Positions 61,883 to 64,000 of a stretch of DNA of 64,000 bases are shown one piece after another (positions within the stretch are counted from its first letter, which is position 1; each line of letters opens with the position of its first letter). Where the stretch lies: the IMG/VR virus record IMGVR_UViG_2687453522_000001, one strand, 5' to 3'. The stretch comes from a virus. Lineage: Duplodnaviria > Heunggongvirae > Uroviricota > Caudoviricetes. Both the position numbers and the translations under genes were made by a program. Under the pieces are notes generated by a model. The model made no database searches. It was given only the letters and a program-made list of their open reading frames with translations, and was not told the origin of the DNA.

Positions 61883-63366
61883 TGGCCAGAAGTTGCGTAA
61901 CGGATCCACGTTGGCGAGAGCTGGTGGCGCTATATCGTTATGACTGGATTGCTGCCGCTGATGTTTTGTTCGGCAAAACACCTACCTGGCAGCAGGATCT
62001 GATTATTGAGTCTGTGCAGGAACAGGGTAGCAAGACATCTGTTTCGTCTGGTCACGGTACCGGGAAATCAGACATGACTTCTATCATGATCATGTTGTTC
62101 ATAATCATGTATCCAGGTGCCCGTGCCATTATCGTTGCGAACAAAATTCAGCAGGTAATGACCGGTATATTCAAGTACATCAAGATAAACTGGGCTACTG
62201 CCACCAGCCGTTTCCCATGGCTTGCTGATTATTTTGTTCTGACAGAAACCGCTTTCTATGAGATTACTGGTAAAGGTGTATGGACTGTAGTACCGAAGGG
62301 CTTTCGTCTGGGAAGTGAAGAAGCTCTCGCCGGTGAACACGCAGATCATCTTCTGTATATTATCGATGAAGCCTCCGGTGTCAGTGATAGAGCTTTCGGT
62401 ATCATCACCGGTGCTCTTACCGGACAGGATAACCGCATCTTATTGCTGTCACAGCCTACACGCCCAAGCGGCTATTTCTACGATACACACCATAAACTGG
62501 CCAAGCGGCCTGGTAACCCTGATGGCGTTTATACGGCGATCACGCTTAACAGTGAGGAATCACCGTTGGTAACGCCAGCATTTATCAAAATGAAGCTGGC
62601 GGAGTACGGCGGGCGTGATAACCCTATGTACATGATTAAGGTACGCGGCCTATTCCCTAAATCACAGGATGGCTTCCTTCTTGGACGTGATGAGGTTGAA
62701 CGTGCAACGCGGCGGAAAGTCAAGATTGCAAAAGGATGGGGCTGGCTTGCATGTGTGGACGTTGCTGGTGGTACGGGACGGGATAAGTCCGTTATCAATA
62801 TCATGATGGTGTCCGGCCAGCGAAATAAACGCCGTGTAATCAACTATCGAATGCTGGAATACACAGACGTTACAGAAACGCAGCTTGCCGCCAAAATTTT
62901 CGCAGAATGCAATCCTGAGCGATTCCCAAATATCACCATAGCGATAGACGGCGATGGCCTGGGTAAAGCAACGGCGGATCTGATGTACGAGTATTATGGT
63001 ATTACCGTACAGCGTATACGCTGGGGTAAAAAGATGCATAGCCGTGAAGATAAGAGCCTGTACTTTGATAAACGTGCTTATGCCAACGTTCAAGCCGCAG
63101 AGGCCGTAAAATCTGGTCGTATGAGACTGGATAAGGGTAATGAAACTATTGAGGAAGCGTCGAAAATCCCTGTAGGGATTAACTCCGCAGGTCAATGGAA
63201 GGTGATGAGTAAGGAGGATATGAAGAAAAAACTCAACCTGCACTCACCAGACCATTGGGATACATATTGTTTCGCTATGCTGGCGGATTATGTTCCCCAG
63301 GATGAAGTGCTTAGCGTCGAAGACGAAGCGCAGGTTGATGAAGCTCTGGCATGGCTTAATGAATAA
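61882..63366 (+). CDS. pacB: terminase large subunit (ATPase/nuclease)
   Basis: 494 aa; Walker A-like SGHGTGKS; start overlaps the pacA stop. Confidence 0.85.
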   Translation: MARSCVTDPRWRELVALYRYDWIAAADVLFGKTPTWQQDLIIESVQEQGSKTSVSSGHGTGKSDMTSIMIMLFIIMYPGARAIIVANKIQQVMTGIFKYIKINWATATSRFPWLADYFVLTETAFYEITGKGVWTVVPKGFRLGSEEALAGEHADHLLYIIDEASGVSDRAFGIITGALTGQDNRILLLSQPTRPSGYFYDTHHKLAKRPGNPDGVYTAITLNSEESPLVTPAFIKMKLAEYGGRDNPMYMIKVRGLFPKSQDGFLLGRDEVERATRRKVKIAKGWGWLACVDVAGGTGRDKSVINIMMVSGQRNKRRVINYRMLEYTDVTETQLAAKIFAECNPERFPNITIAIDGDGLGKATADLMYEYYGITVQRIRWGKKMHSREDKSLYFDKRAYANVQAAEAVKSGRMRLDKGNETIEEASKIPVGINSAGQWKVMSKEDMKKKLNLHSPDHWDTYCFAMLADYVPQDEVLSVEDEAQVDEALAWLNE

Positions 63367-63390
63367 CTCATTGACCATGCCGGATAGAAA

Positions 63391-64000
63391 CTATTGCGCG
63401 CTTTCGGGGTTGTCGTTTACTGGCTGCCCCTTCTTAGTTTTACGGCTGCGCGTAACTGATGCGGCTGATTTGACCTTTTTCTCTTCGCGAGTGATGGCAA
63501 TTTGTTTTTTTACATTTTCAATATCTGCCAGGCGATATATTTTTGCCTGCGGCCAGCGGTCGCAGATGATCGGTTCTATAGAGTCATAAAGGCTAAATTT
63601 TGCTTTCTCGAATTCACCGTTGATGATGATTCCATCACGGAGAGTTTCATCGCAGATAAACACACCACACAGCGGCACATGGTAACTAACTGATTTACCA
63701 TCATTGTAGTTAGGGCTACTGGAAATGTAGTGGACGCGCAGCATTGTTTCGCTAAAGCCGTGTACACGCATACGGAATTTTTCATCCTCCGGGTACTGCT
63801 TCATTAGCTCTTTTGTTGCTTCCAGGTTCTCTATGTATTTCGCACTGTGCTCATTGATCCCCGCGCTTTTCTGGATGCGAATGTCCTTATCAATCAGATG
63901 AATAATGCGGCCAGCGGTCATGTTGACGCTGTTCACAGCTTCTGTCTGATAAGTCGTAACCTTACGCACACCGCGAAGGATGTTAGGCACAGGATATAAA
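63391..64000 (-). CDS. c1: C1-like repressor, C-terminal part (gene continues beyond the window end)
   Basis: Minus-strand reading frame open from 63391 to the window edge; position convergent with pacB as in P1; identity by synteny only. Confidence 0.5.
   Translation of the reverse strand, partial: LYPVPNILRGVRKVTTYQTEAVNSVNMTAGRIIHLIDKDIRIQKSAGINEHSAKYIENLEATKELMKQYPEDEKFRMRVHGFSETMLRVHYISSSPNYNDGKSVSYHVPLCGVFICDETLRDGIIINGEFEKAKFSLYDSIEPIICDRWPQAKIYRLADIENVKKQIAITREEKKVKSAASVTRSRKTKKGQPVNDNPESAQ

Overview
This window reads as a segment of a P1-family temperate phage-plasmid (myovirus prophage that replicates as a plasmid), with one IS150 insertion. All family and domain calls are from reading the translated ORFs and DNA motifs against remembered P1 biology; no database search was run. 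Plasmid maintenance is represented by repA flanked by two sets of 19-bp iterons, an origin with a GATC cluster and DnaA boxes, parA-parB with a parS-like site, and the phd-doc addiction pair. Phage functions include a tape-measure-like protein with a lytic transglycosylase domain, baseplate, sheath and capsid candidates, a c4-icd-ant immunity region, kilA-repL, a DnaB-like helicase, a fused C5/N6 DNA methyltransferase, three tRNAs, humD behind a LexA box, lpa, and pacA-pacB with an internal pac hexamer cluster. At least eight copies of a 17-bp C1-type operator are scattered through the window. The regions least explained by the P1 backbone are: an AT-rich three-gene membrane/periplasmic cassette at 8.7-10.9 kb; a family of structured repeats next to the tRNAs, one of which was hit by IS150; a cluster of two paralogous Rossmann-like proteins, a phosphatase and a glycosyltransferase-like protein at 45.7-48.2 kb; and several small hydrophobic peptide ORFs missing from the ORF track. 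I cannot name a single confirmed novel system; these are ranked candidates.
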